From positions 81,908 through 145,907 of the forward strand of contig JAFTYG010000008.1 of NCBI GenBank assembly GCA_017461365.1: a stretch of 64,000 bases of DNA, given 5' to 3'. Position numbers and translations under genes: made by a program. Shown one piece after another: positions 26,092 to 36,468 of this stretch (positions are counted from its first letter, which is position 1; every line of letters starts with the position of its first letter). The DNA is from Clostridia bacterium. Lineage in GTDB: Bacteria > Bacillota > Clostridia > Oscillospirales > CAG-272. A model generated the notes under the pieces. The model saw nothing but the letters and a program-made list of their open reading frames with translations, had not been told where the DNA came from and did not search any database.

Positions 26092-26916
26092 ATGAATTTT
26101 ACAAATCCCAACACCGATATTCTTAATGAAAAGAAGCTGTTTATCTTTGATATGGACGGCACTATCTATCTCGGCGGCAACCCTTTTGATTTTGCTATAA
26201 AGTACATCAAAAATCTTCGCGCAAACGGCAAGAAGGTGCTTTTCTTTACGAACAACGCGTCGCATACAACGCCTTTTTATATGCAGAAGCTTTCGCGTCT
26301 CGGCTTTGAGCCGAGTGAGGATGAGATAATGACCTCGGGCGACGTTACCTATGAATTTCTTAAGAGAAAGAGAGACGGCAAGTCGGTATATCTTGTTGCG
26401 ACCGACGAGCTTTGCGAGGAATACAAGGCTAAGGGAATAAAACTTTTGAGGGGCGATGAGGAGGGCGCTGATATTGTTATTACGAGCTTTGACACCTCTT
26501 TGACCTATGAGAAGCTGAACAATGCGTGCCGTTTCGTTCGCAACGGTGCGGAGTATCTTTCCACGCACCCCGATTTTAACTGTCCCACTGAGAACGGATT
26601 TATTCCCGACAGCGGAGCTATTGCGGCTCTTGTGACGGCATCGACGGGCAAGACTCCCACATATTTCGGTAAGCCCTACAAGGAGACTATCGAAATGATA
26701 GGCGAGGCTACGGGCTACAAGAATGAGGAGATGTGCATCTTCGGTGACAGGCTTTACACCGACATTGCTCTCGGAAAGAAGTTCGGTGTGACGGCGGTGC
26801 TCGTTCTTTCGGGAGAGACGCAGCCTGAGGACGTTGACGCGGCGGCTGTGCCTGACAAGCCCGATTTTGTGTTCGGTTCTCTTGCAGACGTTGACAAGGT
26901 GATGTTCGGAGAATGA
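26092..26916 (+). CDS. HAD-IIA family hydrolase (NagD-like)
   Basis: Motif I FIFDMDGTIY, FFTNNAS, and C-terminal FGDRLYTDIALGKKFGVTAVLVLSGET. Confidence 0.8.
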   Translation: MNFTNPNTDILNEKKLFIFDMDGTIYLGGNPFDFAIKYIKNLRANGKKVLFFTNNASHTTPFYMQKLSRLGFEPSEDEIMTSGDVTYEFLKRKRDGKSVYLVATDELCEEYKAKGIKLLRGDEEGADIVITSFDTSLTYEKLNNACRFVRNGAEYLSTHPDFNCPTENGFIPDSGAIAALVTASTGKTPTYFGKPYKETIEMIGEATGYKNEEMCIFGDRLYTDIALGKKFGVTAVLVLSGETQPEDVDAAAVPDKPDFVFGSLADVDKVMFGE

Positions 26917-27056
26917 CTTTTCGGTTGCTTCGCTACTGGCGAAGCAACCTTGAATTTTGCGTAGATGGAAAAGGAAAACAATTGTATTTGTGTTTGTGCT
27001 ACAAACTCCAATTTATTCTGATTTCTAAATTATATCATATCCCGAAAGGAGAAAAT

Positions 27057-28817
27057 ATGGCATTTGATGCAGGTATGCTTGCGTGTGCGCTATCCGAGAT
27101 ACGCAGGCTGGCTCTCGGCGCGAGAATAGAAAAGGTATATCAGCCCGAGAGGGACGAGATAGTTCTCGGTATGAGAAGTCTTGAGGGCGGAAAGCGTTTA
27201 TCAATAAATGCGGGCTCGGGAAATCCCCGTATCGGCTTTACCGAGACGTCTAAGGAAAATCCTCAAAATCCGCCTATGTTTTGTATGCTTCTGCGCAAAT
27301 ATTTGCAGGGGGCGAAGCTCTCCGAGGTCTCTCAGGCATCCTTTGACCGTGTGGCGTATCTCGGCTTTGACACGCGCGACGAAATGGGCTTTCCCTGCAA
27401 GCGTTATCTTATCGCCGAGCTTATGGGACGGTACAGCAATCTCATATTCGCAGACGGCGACAAAAGGATAATCACGGCTTTGCGTACGGCCGACTTGTCC
27501 TTTGACAGCAAGCGTCAGCTCATATCGGGTATGATCTATGCCGAGCCTCCGAAGCAGGATAAGGATGATCCTCTGACTGTGAGTGAGGAGCGGTTTATGG
27601 CTCTTTGGAATGACGCGCCCGACGAGCGTCCTTGCGACAAATTCATTGTAGGCGCATTTTCGGGCATTGCGCCCGTTGTTGCCCGTGAGATGGTCTTTCG
27701 TTCGACGGGGCACACCGACACGCCCAAGAGATATTGCTTTGCCGACGGTATATGGAAGGAATTTTTTGAGGTCGTCCGCAGAATACGCGAGGAGGATTTT
27801 GAGCCTTGCATGATACTTGACGGCGAGCGTCCCGTGGAATATTCCTTTATTCCTCTTGAGCAGTACGGAAGTATGGAGGTGCGCTCTGTTCCGTCTGCGG
27901 GGAAGCTGTTCGATCTTTATTTTGAGACGCGCGACAAAGAGCAGAGGGTACATCAGCGCGCGTCGGATATACTCAGACTGTTGACGAATGCCGAGAGCCG
28001 TATCCGTCGCAAGCTCGAAGCGCAAAGGGGCGAGCTTGCCGACTGTGAGAAGGGTATCGAATACAAAAAAATGGGCGACATGATAACCGCCAACATTTAC
28101 AGACTCTCGCGCGGCGATAGCTTTGCCGAATTTGAGGATTATGAAAATATGCGCGAGGACGGCAGCTTTCCGAAAATTCGGGTGGAGCTTGACAGCCGTC
28201 TGTCTCCCTCGGCAAACGCGCAGAGATATTACAAGAGGTACAACAAGGCAAAGACCGCAAAGGTCGAGCTCTCAAAGCAGATAAGTCTCGGAGAGAGCGA
28301 GCTTGAATACATTTACACGGTTTTTGAGGCGCTGACGAGAGCCGAGAGTCCTACCGATCTGTCCGAGATACGCGACGAGCTTTACCGCTCGGGCTACGCG
28401 TCGAGGATGAAGAGCTATTCGGCGCACAAGGAGCACAGGCCTCAGGTCATGCAATTCCTGACTCCCGACGGGATGAGGGTGCTTTGCGGCAAGAACAACG
28501 TACAGAACGAATATATCACTCACCGTCTTGCCGAAAAGCTTGATTATTGGTTTCACGCAAGGCAGGTCCCCGGCTCGCACGTTCTTCTTGTGACAGAGGG
28601 CAGAGAGCCGACCGATCTTGATTTTACGACTGCCGCAGAGATCGCCGCTTATTACTCGAAGGCGGAGGGCGCCAACATTGCGGTCGACTATACCTTGGCG
28701 AAGAACGTAAAGAAGCCTGCGGGTGCAAAGCCCGGGTTCGTTATCTATCACACGAATTGGACGGCTTACGTTACGCCGAGCGGTGAAAAAATAGCTTCCC
28801 TGAGAAAGGGAAAATAA
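27057..28817 (+). CDS. rqcH: Ribosome quality control factor RqcH (NFACT/FbpA family)
   Basis: ATG at 27057 after AAAGGAGAA. The NFACT-N start is MAFDAGMLACALSEIRRLALGARIEKVYQPERDEIVL. The DUF814-type region WFHARQVPGSHVLL is present. The 26913 ORF-track start is rejected. Confidence 0.85.
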   Translation: MAFDAGMLACALSEIRRLALGARIEKVYQPERDEIVLGMRSLEGGKRLSINAGSGNPRIGFTETSKENPQNPPMFCMLLRKYLQGAKLSEVSQASFDRVAYLGFDTRDEMGFPCKRYLIAELMGRYSNLIFADGDKRIITALRTADLSFDSKRQLISGMIYAEPPKQDKDDPLTVSEERFMALWNDAPDERPCDKFIVGAFSGIAPVVAREMVFRSTGHTDTPKRYCFADGIWKEFFEVVRRIREEDFEPCMILDGERPVEYSFIPLEQYGSMEVRSVPSAGKLFDLYFETRDKEQRVHQRASDILRLLTNAESRIRRKLEAQRGELADCEKGIEYKKMGDMITANIYRLSRGDSFAEFEDYENMREDGSFPKIRVELDSRLSPSANAQRYYKRYNKAKTAKVELSKQISLGESELEYIYTVFEALTRAESPTDLSEIRDELYRSGYASRMKSYSAHKEHRPQVMQFLTPDGMRVLCGKNNVQNEYITHRLAEKLDYWFHARQVPGSHVLLVTEGREPTDLDFTTAAEIAAYYSKAEGANIAVDYTLAKNVKKPAGAKPGFVIYHTNWTAYVTPSGEKIASLRKGK

Positions 28818-28966
28818 AAATAAAAAAATTTTTAAAAAAATTTTGTCAGAAAAAAAGTATTTTTAAAAAATTCTGCGTATCTTATTTATAAAGGGCAAAA
28901 TTGGGGAGCTTTCGCGTTGTGACGCGGCGGCACAGCCTTTAATCGGCATGAGAAAGGAGAACGTAT

Positions 28967-29989
28967 ATGGAAAGGTCGAATTGCATAAGGGAGCTTTTTC
29001 TTGAAAACGAGCGACAGACCTTGTCGCCCTATGCCTGCCTGACCTCGGAGAGCCGAGGCAGAGAGCAATATCAGACGCCGTGTGAGGTCCGCACAGATTT
29101 TCAGCGTGACCGCGACAGAATACTTCATTCTCAATCATTCCGACGGCTTATGTACAAGACTCAGGTATTCCTCGCCCCCACGGGCGACCATTACCGAACG
29201 CGTATGACGCACACCCTGGAGGTAACTCAGGTGGCGCGTATCATTGCGAGGGGACTGCGGCTCAACGAGGATCTTACCGAGGCGGCGGCTCTCGGGCACG
29301 ACATAGGTCACACGCCCTTCGGTCACGCGGGTGAGTTTGCAATGCAGAAGTGCTACGATCCGTCGTTTACGCACTACAAGCAGAGCTTGCGTGTGGTCGA
29401 GCGTCTTGAAAACGACGGCAAGGGTATGAACCTTACCTTTGAGGTGAGGGACGGTATCGTAAATCACACGGGAAAGAATATGGCGTCGACGCTTGAGGGC
29501 GTTATAGTGAAATACGCCGACAGGATAGCCTATATAAATCACGATATTGACGATGCCTGCCGAGCGGGAATTCTGTCTCCCGACGATATTCCCGTGGGGA
29601 TAAGGAACATACTCGGCAACGGTTATTCGGAGCGCATCAACACAATGGTAACGTCGATAATCAGGGAGAGCACGGGCAAGCCCTACATAAAAATGGAGGA
29701 AGAGGTACAGACTGCGGCGGACGGGCTTCGTGAGTTTTTGTTCGAGAGAGTCTACCGAAATCCCGTGGCGAAGTCGGAGGAGAGCAAGGCTCAGGAGATG
29801 CTCATAAGGCTTTTCGACCACTACGTCAGACATCCCGAGCAGATGCCCGAGCTTTACAGAAACAACTGCGAGACAGAGCCCGTGGAGAGGTGCGTTTGCG
29901 ATTTTCTTTCGGGAATGACCGACAGGTATGCGATAGAGGTCTATTCGGGACTCTACATACCTAAGGTCTGGAAGGGGCCGCAGATATGA
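28967..29989 (+). CDS. dgt: dGTP triphosphohydrolase-like HD-domain protein
   Basis: Motifs TDFQRDRDRILHSQSFRRL, RMTHTLEV and the HD motif GHDIGHTPFGH are present. It sits upstream of dnaG-rpoD. Confidence 0.85.
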   Translation: MERSNCIRELFLENERQTLSPYACLTSESRGREQYQTPCEVRTDFQRDRDRILHSQSFRRLMYKTQVFLAPTGDHYRTRMTHTLEVTQVARIIARGLRLNEDLTEAAALGHDIGHTPFGHAGEFAMQKCYDPSFTHYKQSLRVVERLENDGKGMNLTFEVRDGIVNHTGKNMASTLEGVIVKYADRIAYINHDIDDACRAGILSPDDIPVGIRNILGNGYSERINTMVTSIIRESTGKPYIKMEEEVQTAADGLREFLFERVYRNPVAKSEESKAQEMLIRLFDHYVRHPEQMPELYRNNCETEPVERCVCDFLSGMTDRYAIEVYSGLYIPKVWKGPQI

Positions 29990-31770
29990 TCTCAAGAGAT
30001 ATTATTGACGAGATCGTTTACAGAAACGACATCGAGCAGGTAATAGGAAGCTACGTTACACTCAAACGGGCAGGCTCGAATATGAACGGTCTTTGTCCCT
30101 TTCACAATGAAAAAACGCCCTCGTTTACCGTTTTCCCCGCGACCAAGAGCTTTTACTGCTTTGGCTGCGGAGCGGGGGGCGACGTTATAAGCTTTATTAT
30201 GCGCGAGGAAAATCTCGACTACGTTGACGCTCTCGAATTTTTAGCGGCTCGGGCGGGGATAACCATTCCTCACGACAATGAGCCTCCCGACGAGCACGGG
30301 ATACCCCGAAAGAGGGTATATGAGATGAACCTCGCGGCGGCTCGGTTTTTCAGGGAGTGTCTTTCCGATGAAAAATACGGCAAGGAGGCTATGAGCTATC
30401 TCACCGAAAAGCGACAGCTCAGCATGGCGACGATACGGCATTTCGGGCTCGGGTGCTCTCCCGACAGCGGTTGGGCGCTGACTAACCATATGAAGAGGCT
30501 CGGCTTTAGTGACGAGGAGCTTTCTGCGGGATTTCTGTGCGGTATCGGAAAGAACAGCGGCAAGCCCTACGATTATTTTCGGAACAGAGTTATTTTCCCC
30601 ATAATAGATACCACGGGAAACGTGGTGGCGTTCGGCGGACGTGTGCTTGACGACTCTAAGCCGAAATATCTGAACACGTCAGACACGCCTGCGTTCAAGA
30701 AGAGTAAGCATCTGTTTGCCTTGAATTTTGCGAGACGGTGCTGTTCGGAGCGGATGATACTTTGCGAGGGTTATATGGACGTTATCGCGCTCCACGCCGC
30801 GGGCTTTGAGAACGCGGTCGCGACTCTCGGTACGGCAATCACGTCGGAGCAGGCGAGGATATTTGCCAAGTACACAAAGCAGGTCGTTATCTGTTACGAC
30901 TCGGACAATGCGGGACAGACCGCCGCGCAGAAGGCGATACGGCTGCTCGGTGAGGTCGGCGTTGACGTTCGCGTGCTGAAGCTTGAGGGCGCGAAGGATC
31001 CCGACGAATATATCAAGAAATTCGGAGCGGATGCGTTTCGACGCGCGCTTGAGGGCGGTATTTCGGGCTTTGACTTCAAGCTTGGAAGCATAATATCGCA
31101 ATACAATCTTGCGTTAGCGGAGGACGTTATCAAGGCGTCGGGCGCTGTTTGCTCGATGATCGCCGCTATGCCCTCGCAGGTCGAGCGTGACATAGGCATC
31201 AGAAAGGCGTCGGAGATACTGCGAGTGTCGCCCGAGGCTATGCAGAACGACGTCGAGCACGCAAGAAGGCGGATGCGGAGCGCCGAGAAGAAGAGGGAGT
31301 CCGAGGAGGCTCAGCGGTCGATCCGCAGCTTTGGCGACAGGGTGAACACCGACGCGGCTAAGAACATACGCGCGAGCAGAGCGGAGGAGACCTTGCTCGG
31401 TCTTATGCTCATCTACGACGAATTCCGCGCCGAGGCGGCAAGCGGAGCGGTAGGACTCTCCGCCGACGATTTTGTGACCTCTCTCGGTAGAAGGATATTC
31501 GAGGCTCTTTGCGAGCTTGAACGCTCGGAGAGGGGATTTTCGAAAGCGATGCTCGGGGAGTATTTCAACATCGACGAGCTTGGCAGGATAGAAAAAATAG
31601 AGCAGGAACGCCGCGCGCTTGCGAGAAACGACAAAGAGGTATTTCTTGCGAGCATCGACTCGCTGAAAAAGGAGAGCGGCAAGAGTGAGGGGAACAGCTC
31701 CGATCCGTTTGCCGATCTGAGGCGTATGCAGGCTCTTCACAAGCAGGCTAAGGAAAAAAAGAACGTATAA
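29986..31770 (+). CDS. dnaG: DNA primase
   Basis: Zinc-ribbon motif CPFHNEKTPSFTV...YCFGCGAGGD and Toprim region EGYMDVI...YDSDNAGQ are present. There is a 4-nt overlap with dgt. Confidence 0.95.
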   Translation: MISRDIIDEIVYRNDIEQVIGSYVTLKRAGSNMNGLCPFHNEKTPSFTVFPATKSFYCFGCGAGGDVISFIMREENLDYVDALEFLAARAGITIPHDNEPPDEHGIPRKRVYEMNLAAARFFRECLSDEKYGKEAMSYLTEKRQLSMATIRHFGLGCSPDSGWALTNHMKRLGFSDEELSAGFLCGIGKNSGKPYDYFRNRVIFPIIDTTGNVVAFGGRVLDDSKPKYLNTSDTPAFKKSKHLFALNFARRCCSERMILCEGYMDVIALHAAGFENAVATLGTAITSEQARIFAKYTKQVVICYDSDNAGQTAAQKAIRLLGEVGVDVRVLKLEGAKDPDEYIKKFGADAFRRALEGGISGFDFKLGSIISQYNLALAEDVIKASGAVCSMIAAMPSQVERDIGIRKASEILRVSPEAMQNDVEHARRRMRSAEKKRESEEAQRSIRSFGDRVNTDAAKNIRASRAEETLLGLMLIYDEFRAEAASGAVGLSADDFVTSLGRRIFEALCELERSERGFSKAMLGEYFNIDELGRIEKIEQERRALARNDKEVFLASIDSLKKESGKSEGNSSDPFADLRRMQALHKQAKEKKNV

Positions 31771-31843
31771 TTAACGTATAATTATTATACAAAAATATAT
31801 TATACAGAAAATACAAGAATACATAAATGGAAGGAAATAAAAA

Positions 31844-32965
31844 ATGGCAGAACAGGAAATGAAACAGGAAAAAGGGATAGACTTTGAGTCCCTTATAGAG
31901 AAAGGAAAGCAGGGGAAGCTGTCGAACGACGATATTGAGGAAGCCGTTGAGGAGATGGACTTCAATATCGATACGCTTGACAAGCTCTACGACACGCTTG
32001 AGAACAACGGTATCACGCTGACCGACGATATTCCCGACTCCGAGCTTACCGCTATCGAGTCTGAGGTAGAGGCGTTCGGCACAAGTGAGAATATGGAGCG
32101 CATCCTCGAGCAGGAGGGACTTGCGATAGACGATCCCGTCCGTATGTACCTCAAGGAGATCGGACGCGTTCCGCTTCTTACCGCCGAGAGAGAGAAGGAG
32201 CTTGCCGAGATAATGAACGGCTGTGACGACGAGGAGTTGAGGAAGGAGGCAAAGGACGAGCTTGTAAACGCAAACCTCCGTCTTGTTGTCAGCATTGCAA
32301 AGAGATACGTCGGAAAGGGAATGTTCTTCCTCGATCTCATTCAGGAGGGCAACCTCGGACTTATGAAGGCTGTGGACAAGTTCGATTACAGCAAGGGATA
32401 CAAGTTCTCCACCTATGCGACGTGGTGGATAAGACAGGCGATAACAAGGGCTATCGCTGATCAGGCGAGAACCATCCGTATTCCCGTTCATATGGTCGAG
32501 ACGATCCACCGTGTGTCCAAATATTCGAGACAGATGCTTCAGGAGCTTGGGCGCGAGGCTACCGCTGATGAGATCGGTGAAAAGATGGGTATGAGCCCCG
32601 ACAAGGTAAGGGAGATAATGAAGATAGCTCAGGATCCCGTATCTCTCGAGACGCCTATCGGTGAGGAGGAGGACAGCCACCTCGGAGATTTCATTCCCGA
32701 CGACGATACTCCCGCGCCTGCTGACGCGGCGGCTTCGACAATTCTGCGCGAGGTCATAGAGAAGGAGCTTCACACGCTTACTCCCCGTGAGGAGCACGTT
32801 ATCAAGCTTCGCTTCGGCCTTTACGACGGACGTACAAGAACGCTTGAGGAGGTCGGCAAGGAGTTCGACATCACACGTGAGCGTATAAGACAGATAGAGG
32901 CAAAGGCGCTTCGTAAGCTCAGACACCCCAGCCGCGCAAGACATCTTCGCGGATTTTTGGACTAA
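31844..32965 (+). CDS. rpoD: RNA polymerase primary sigma factor
   Basis: Region 2 ([54 protein letters not shown]) and region 4 ([31 protein letters not shown]) are present. Confidence 0.97.
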   Translation: MAEQEMKQEKGIDFESLIEKGKQGKLSNDDIEEAVEEMDFNIDTLDKLYDTLENNGITLTDDIPDSELTAIESEVEAFGTSENMERILEQEGLAIDDPVRMYLKEIGRVPLLTAEREKELAEIMNGCDDEELRKEAKDELVNANLRLVVSIAKRYVGKGMFFLDLIQEGNLGLMKAVDKFDYSKGYKFSTYATWWIRQAITRAIADQARTIRIPVHMVETIHRVSKYSRQMLQELGREATADEIGEKMGMSPDKVREIMKIAQDPVSLETPIGEEEDSHLGDFIPDDDTPAPADAAASTILREVIEKELHTLTPREEHVIKLRFGLYDGRTRTLEEVGKEFDITRERIRQIEAKALRKLRHPSRARHLRGFLD

Positions 32966-33139
32966 AATCGTTACTTTGTCCAAAATACGGTCGGACTGTT
33001 TGGTGAATGTAATGATTTAAATGTGACAATTATAGAAAATACAGATCTTGAATTGTGTAAAATGATGGTTTTTTGGGAAGGTTTGTAAGTCAAACCGTCC
33101 AAAAAACGTCGCGCCGAGAGTCGGTCACAAAAAATTCAC

Positions 33140-33168
33140 TTGACAATTCGGGGAAAAAAGTGTAAAAT
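33140..33168 (+). promoter_or_regulatory. Promoter of the orphan SBP lipoprotein gene
   Basis: TTGACA, 17 nt, TAAAAT, about 65 nt upstream of the ATG. Confidence 0.55.
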
Positions 33169-33231
33169 ATTATAGTACCTAAAATGTCATAATTATATTT
33201 TTATGAGAAAAGTTTCAAAGGGGGAAACGAT

Positions 33232-35019
33232 ATGAGTAAGAAACTCATTTGCCTGTTTTTGGGCTTGATAATGCTTCTCAGTGTATGTCTTACCGCGTGC
33301 GGAGAGAAGGATGATGAAACGGCTGTAAATAATATCGGAACTAAGGCATCCGAGAATGCCGAAACGCTTGCTATGTATCTTATGAGCGAGAAGCCCGTTG
33401 ATGCGGATACCGTTGCAGAGATCGAGGAGGCTGTCAACAAGATAACCGAAAACAAGTTCAAGACAAGACTTAAGCTTTACTACTACACCGAGGAAGAGTA
33501 TTACGCAAAGCTCGAAGCCGCTTTCGCTGAGAGAGACGAGCGCAAGGCTAACGGTACTCTTGTATCCTCTAAGACCGAGGCTGAGACGGGTGAGGACGAG
33601 ACGTTCGTAAATGAATACGGTATCGTCGAGATCAAGTACCCGACCGTTACGGGCTATCAGGTAGATATTTTCTACATGGGCGGCAAGGAAATGTACGACA
33701 AGTACAAGGCTGACGGTAGACTTCAAAGACTTGACGACGAGATCAACAGCTCGTCGAAGGATCTGACAACGAATATTCCGAGCCAGTATCTTTCCAACAT
33801 CAAGTCTCTTAATAAGGGAACTTACGCTATTCCCACGAGTAAGCCTATCGGTGAATATACATATTTGCTTCTCAACAAGGACGCTATGACACAGGCGTAC
33901 CTCAGAAGCGAGACGGGCTCTACCACATATGAGGGCTACACGTCTCTCACCTGCGATATGGTCAAGGAGTTTCTTGAGCTTGTAGATACCGACAGTGAGC
34001 TTTCGAAGAATTACTATCCTCTTTACACAAATCTTGAGTCTATCGAGCTTATGCTCAGCAACCTCAAGTATTGGGGCGTCGACGATGAGGGCTTGCTTTC
34101 CGAGGCGTTCTCGGTTCTCGGCGGATACTACGGCGCAAACGACGATTATCTTGATGCCAACAAGTACGCTAAGCTCGAAAATCTCTTTGAGAACGAGCAG
34201 TTTATCAGCGATATTACCACACTCATGCAGTATAAATTTGACGGCTACTACACCGCAGAAGAGGGCCAGCAGGAGTTTGCCGTTGGTTACGTTAAGGGCG
34301 GTAAGGAGGTCGTTGAGCAGTACGGCGAGGACTATGAACTCGTTGTAGTTGAATATCCGAGACTTACAGAGGAAGAGCTCTACTCCGATATGTTCGCTGT
34401 TTGCTCTTACACCTCTAACACAGGAAGAGCGATGAAGATACTTACTCTTCTCAACACTGACGCCAACTTCCGCAACCTTGTTCTTTACGGAATTGAGGGT
34501 GTTCACTATCAGCTCGTTGACACGGGTGTTGACAATGAATACGGCGAGGATATTATGGCTGTCGAGAGATTTGAGACGGGTGAGAACAAGTATATGATGG
34601 ACGTCAACAAGACGGGTAACACGTTTATCGCATATCCTCTTGTAGGCGAGTCCGCTACTCTCAAGGGCTACGGTATCGTTCAAAATCAGGAGGCAAAGGT
34701 ATCGCTTGATCTCGGCTTCTCGCTTGACGCGTGCGGCTATGAGGTGGACGTTGAGTCCTTGAAGGCGGTCAAGGCGCTTTCGGATGAGATACTTGCGGGA
34801 CTTAAGGCTTGCAATACCGAGGCTGAGCTTGAGGCGTTTATAAAGAGCGCAAAGGAGAAAATTGCTGCATCCGAGGCGGTTCAGGCGCACGTTGGTTGCG
34901 AGCTTGGCGCGGATGCTGAGCACGAGGACGACGGAACATCTAAGGACTCCGAGGACCGTTGCGGTTCGATAAGCTGCTGCTACGAATCGTGGCTCAAGGA
35001 TAATGACATAATTAAATGA
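33232..35019 (+). CDS. Orphan large extracellular solute-binding lipoprotein (LplA-like)
   Basis: Lipobox LSVCLTAC-G. At 595 aa it has the size and motifs of LplA-type SBPs (YAIPTSKPIGEYTYLLLNKDAM, LVLYGIEGVHYQLVD). No permease or ATPase gene is adjacent. Confidence 0.7.
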   Translation: MSKKLICLFLGLIMLLSVCLTACGEKDDETAVNNIGTKASENAETLAMYLMSEKPVDADTVAEIEEAVNKITENKFKTRLKLYYYTEEEYYAKLEAAFAERDERKANGTLVSSKTEAETGEDETFVNEYGIVEIKYPTVTGYQVDIFYMGGKEMYDKYKADGRLQRLDDEINSSSKDLTTNIPSQYLSNIKSLNKGTYAIPTSKPIGEYTYLLLNKDAMTQAYLRSETGSTTYEGYTSLTCDMVKEFLELVDTDSELSKNYYPLYTNLESIELMLSNLKYWGVDDEGLLSEAFSVLGGYYGANDDYLDANKYAKLENLFENEQFISDITTLMQYKFDGYYTAEEGQQEFAVGYVKGGKEVVEQYGEDYELVVVEYPRLTEEELYSDMFAVCSYTSNTGRAMKILTLLNTDANFRNLVLYGIEGVHYQLVDTGVDNEYGEDIMAVERFETGENKYMMDVNKTGNTFIAYPLVGESATLKGYGIVQNQEAKVSLDLGFSLDACGYEVDVESLKAVKALSDEILAGLKACNTEAELEAFIKSAKEKIAASEAVQAHVGCELGADAEHEDDGTSKDSEDRCGSISCCYESWLKDNDIIK

Positions 35020-35026
35020 TCAAAAT

Positions 35027-35066
35027 ATATCAAGACCGACTCTTCACAGTCGGTCTTGATATATTT
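35027..35066 (+). terminator. Terminator hairpin after the SBP lipoprotein gene
   Basis: A 15-bp stem atatcaagaccgact/agtcggtcttgatat with a 6-nt loop. The T-tract is weak (atttat). Confidence 0.6.
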
Positions 35067-35077
35067 ATGGGGGTAAG

Positions 35078-35713
35078 ATGAAGTACGACCGTATAATATG
35101 GGATTTTAACGGGACTATTCTTGACGACGTGGAGACGGGGATACTGTCGGTAAACAAGCTGCTCTCCGACAGAGGATTGCCAACAATCGGGAGCAAGGAG
35201 CATTATCGGAGTGTTTTTTGTTTTCCGATAAAGGACTATTACGCAAAGCTCGGCTTTGATTTTGAGCGTGAGCCTTATGAGGTGATCGCGCCGCTTTGGG
35301 TGGAGCAGTATATGATAAACGTCAAAGATGCTCCGATCTTTTCGGATATAAGAGATGCGATCGGTTTTTTTGACGCGCGTGGGATACCGCAGACGCTTTT
35401 GTCCGCGACCGAGCTTACGATGCTCAAAGGTCAGCTTGACGACCTCGGGCTTTCGGGAGCCTTTTGCGAGGTGTTGGGGCGGGATGACATTCACGCCGCT
35501 TCAAAGGAGGGGATAGCGCGCGAGTGGCGCTCGCGTCATAGAGAGGAGCGTACGCTGATGATAGGCGACACCGATCACGATCTTCAGGTGGCGAGGGCGA
35601 TCGGTGCGGATTGCGCGCTCATATGCCGCGGGCACCAATCGGGGGCGTATCTTGAGACACTTGGGACGAGGGTGTATTCTACGGTGGCGAGCTTGATAGA
35701 AGATATTGAATAA
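35078..35713 (+). CDS. HAD-IA hydrolase (phosphoglycolate phosphatase-like)
   Basis: Motif I IIWDFNGTILDD and motif IV MIGDTDHDLQVARAIG. Length is 211 aa. Confidence 0.75.
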   Translation: MKYDRIIWDFNGTILDDVETGILSVNKLLSDRGLPTIGSKEHYRSVFCFPIKDYYAKLGFDFEREPYEVIAPLWVEQYMINVKDAPIFSDIRDAIGFFDARGIPQTLLSATELTMLKGQLDDLGLSGAFCEVLGRDDIHAASKEGIAREWRSRHREERTLMIGDTDHDLQVARAIGADCALICRGHQSGAYLETLGTRVYSTVASLIEDIE

Positions 35714-35769
35714 AAAATAGGGGGCTCGTAAGAAATAGCCCCCCTTGCCGTATTATGGATGTTGATAAT

Positions 35770-36161
35770 CTTCAAATTGGAGTTTGTGGGGGAGTTTGGA
35801 TTTAAAATTGCTACGCTTGAATGTGGCACAACAAGAAAACAAACCCCAGCAAATCTAAGGTAAATTTTGCTAACGCAAAAAAGATCCTTCACATGGCTTG
35901 CAAGGTAGCAAGCCGTTCAGGATGACACGTAATACAGTGTGTACGTATTTGTACATACTATTGTCGCATTACTCTCTGTATCTGTCATCCTGAGTTCGAA
36001 CCGCTTATGGGGGGATCTAAAGAAACATTCGAAGGATCTTGCGACGAAGTCGCTTTACTGCACTATCTTCATTGGGGATATATTTACACATATCAAACAT
36101 CCCGCCGCAAGAACGAAGTTCTTGCCTTTTCGCGTAAGCGAAAAAGATAAACTTAAATTTG
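35770..36161. repeat. Dispersed modular repeat, copy B (~390 bp, non-coding)
   Basis: It shares modules with 49869-50278 and 59182-59638. Shared modules are taaggtaaattttgctaacgcaaaaaagatccttcac...gttcaggatgaca; ctgtcatcctgag...ggatcttgcgacgaagtcgctttactgcact; and ggggatatatttaca. The ends are caaattggagttt / aaacttaaatttg (inverted). Confidence 0.8.
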
Positions 36162-36172
36162 TATCTAAAAAA

Positions 36173-36213
36173 GGAGCTATCTCATTTGTTGATGAGACGG
36201 CTCCTTGTGTTTT
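36173..36213 (+). terminator. GGAGCTATCTCA-type hairpin with T-rich tail
   Basis: ggagctatctcat / atgagacggctcc followed by ttgtgtttt. The same hairpin motif recurs at 37738, 49823 and 50296. Confidence 0.55.
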
Positions 36214-36465
36214 ATGAAAGCTCGGAATAATAATTTTTAAGCGCGGTGGAGAGCGCTTTTTTTGCGGGCTCTTTTGCCGCAGAATAGTCGTTGTATGATC
36301 CGCTGACCTCTATGACAAGAGAATATTCTGCGTTTCGGAAACAAGATCGTAAAATTTTTCCTCTTTTCCGCCGCCGAGCAATCCTGTAACGGCGGCTGAA
36401 GCAATACCGCAGGACGTTGCCGAGATTACCGTAGCGCAGAGCAGGACGTTCCCGTTATTTGTTTT
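36212..36465 (-). pseudogene. Possible degenerate, 5'-truncated and frameshifted paralog of the adjacent small lipoprotein gene
   Basis: The minus-strand translation NGNVLLCATVISATSCGIASAAVTGLLGGGKEEKFYDLVSETQNILLS* has a lipobox-like ATSC-G but no start codon. A second frame continues EVSGSYNDYSAAKEPAKKALSTALKNYYSELS*. The SxCG-LL-GG...EEFYELV pattern resembles 36469..36990. Confidence 0.4.
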
Positions 36466-36468
36466 TCG

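Noticed and set aside
33193-34923. 576-aa minus-strand ORF opposite the SBP lipoprotein gene
   Set aside because: The plus-strand product has a lipobox, an RBS, a promoter and SBP-like motifs. The minus-strand translation is Leu/Arg/Lys-rich with no features.
35584-36217. Small ORFs inside the dispersed repeats (35584..35892-, 35939..36217+, 59260..59475-, 59430..59624+, 59558..59890+)
   Set aside because: They lie in repeated non-coding modules and lack RBSs. They are not conserved as reading frames between copies, because indels shift the frames.
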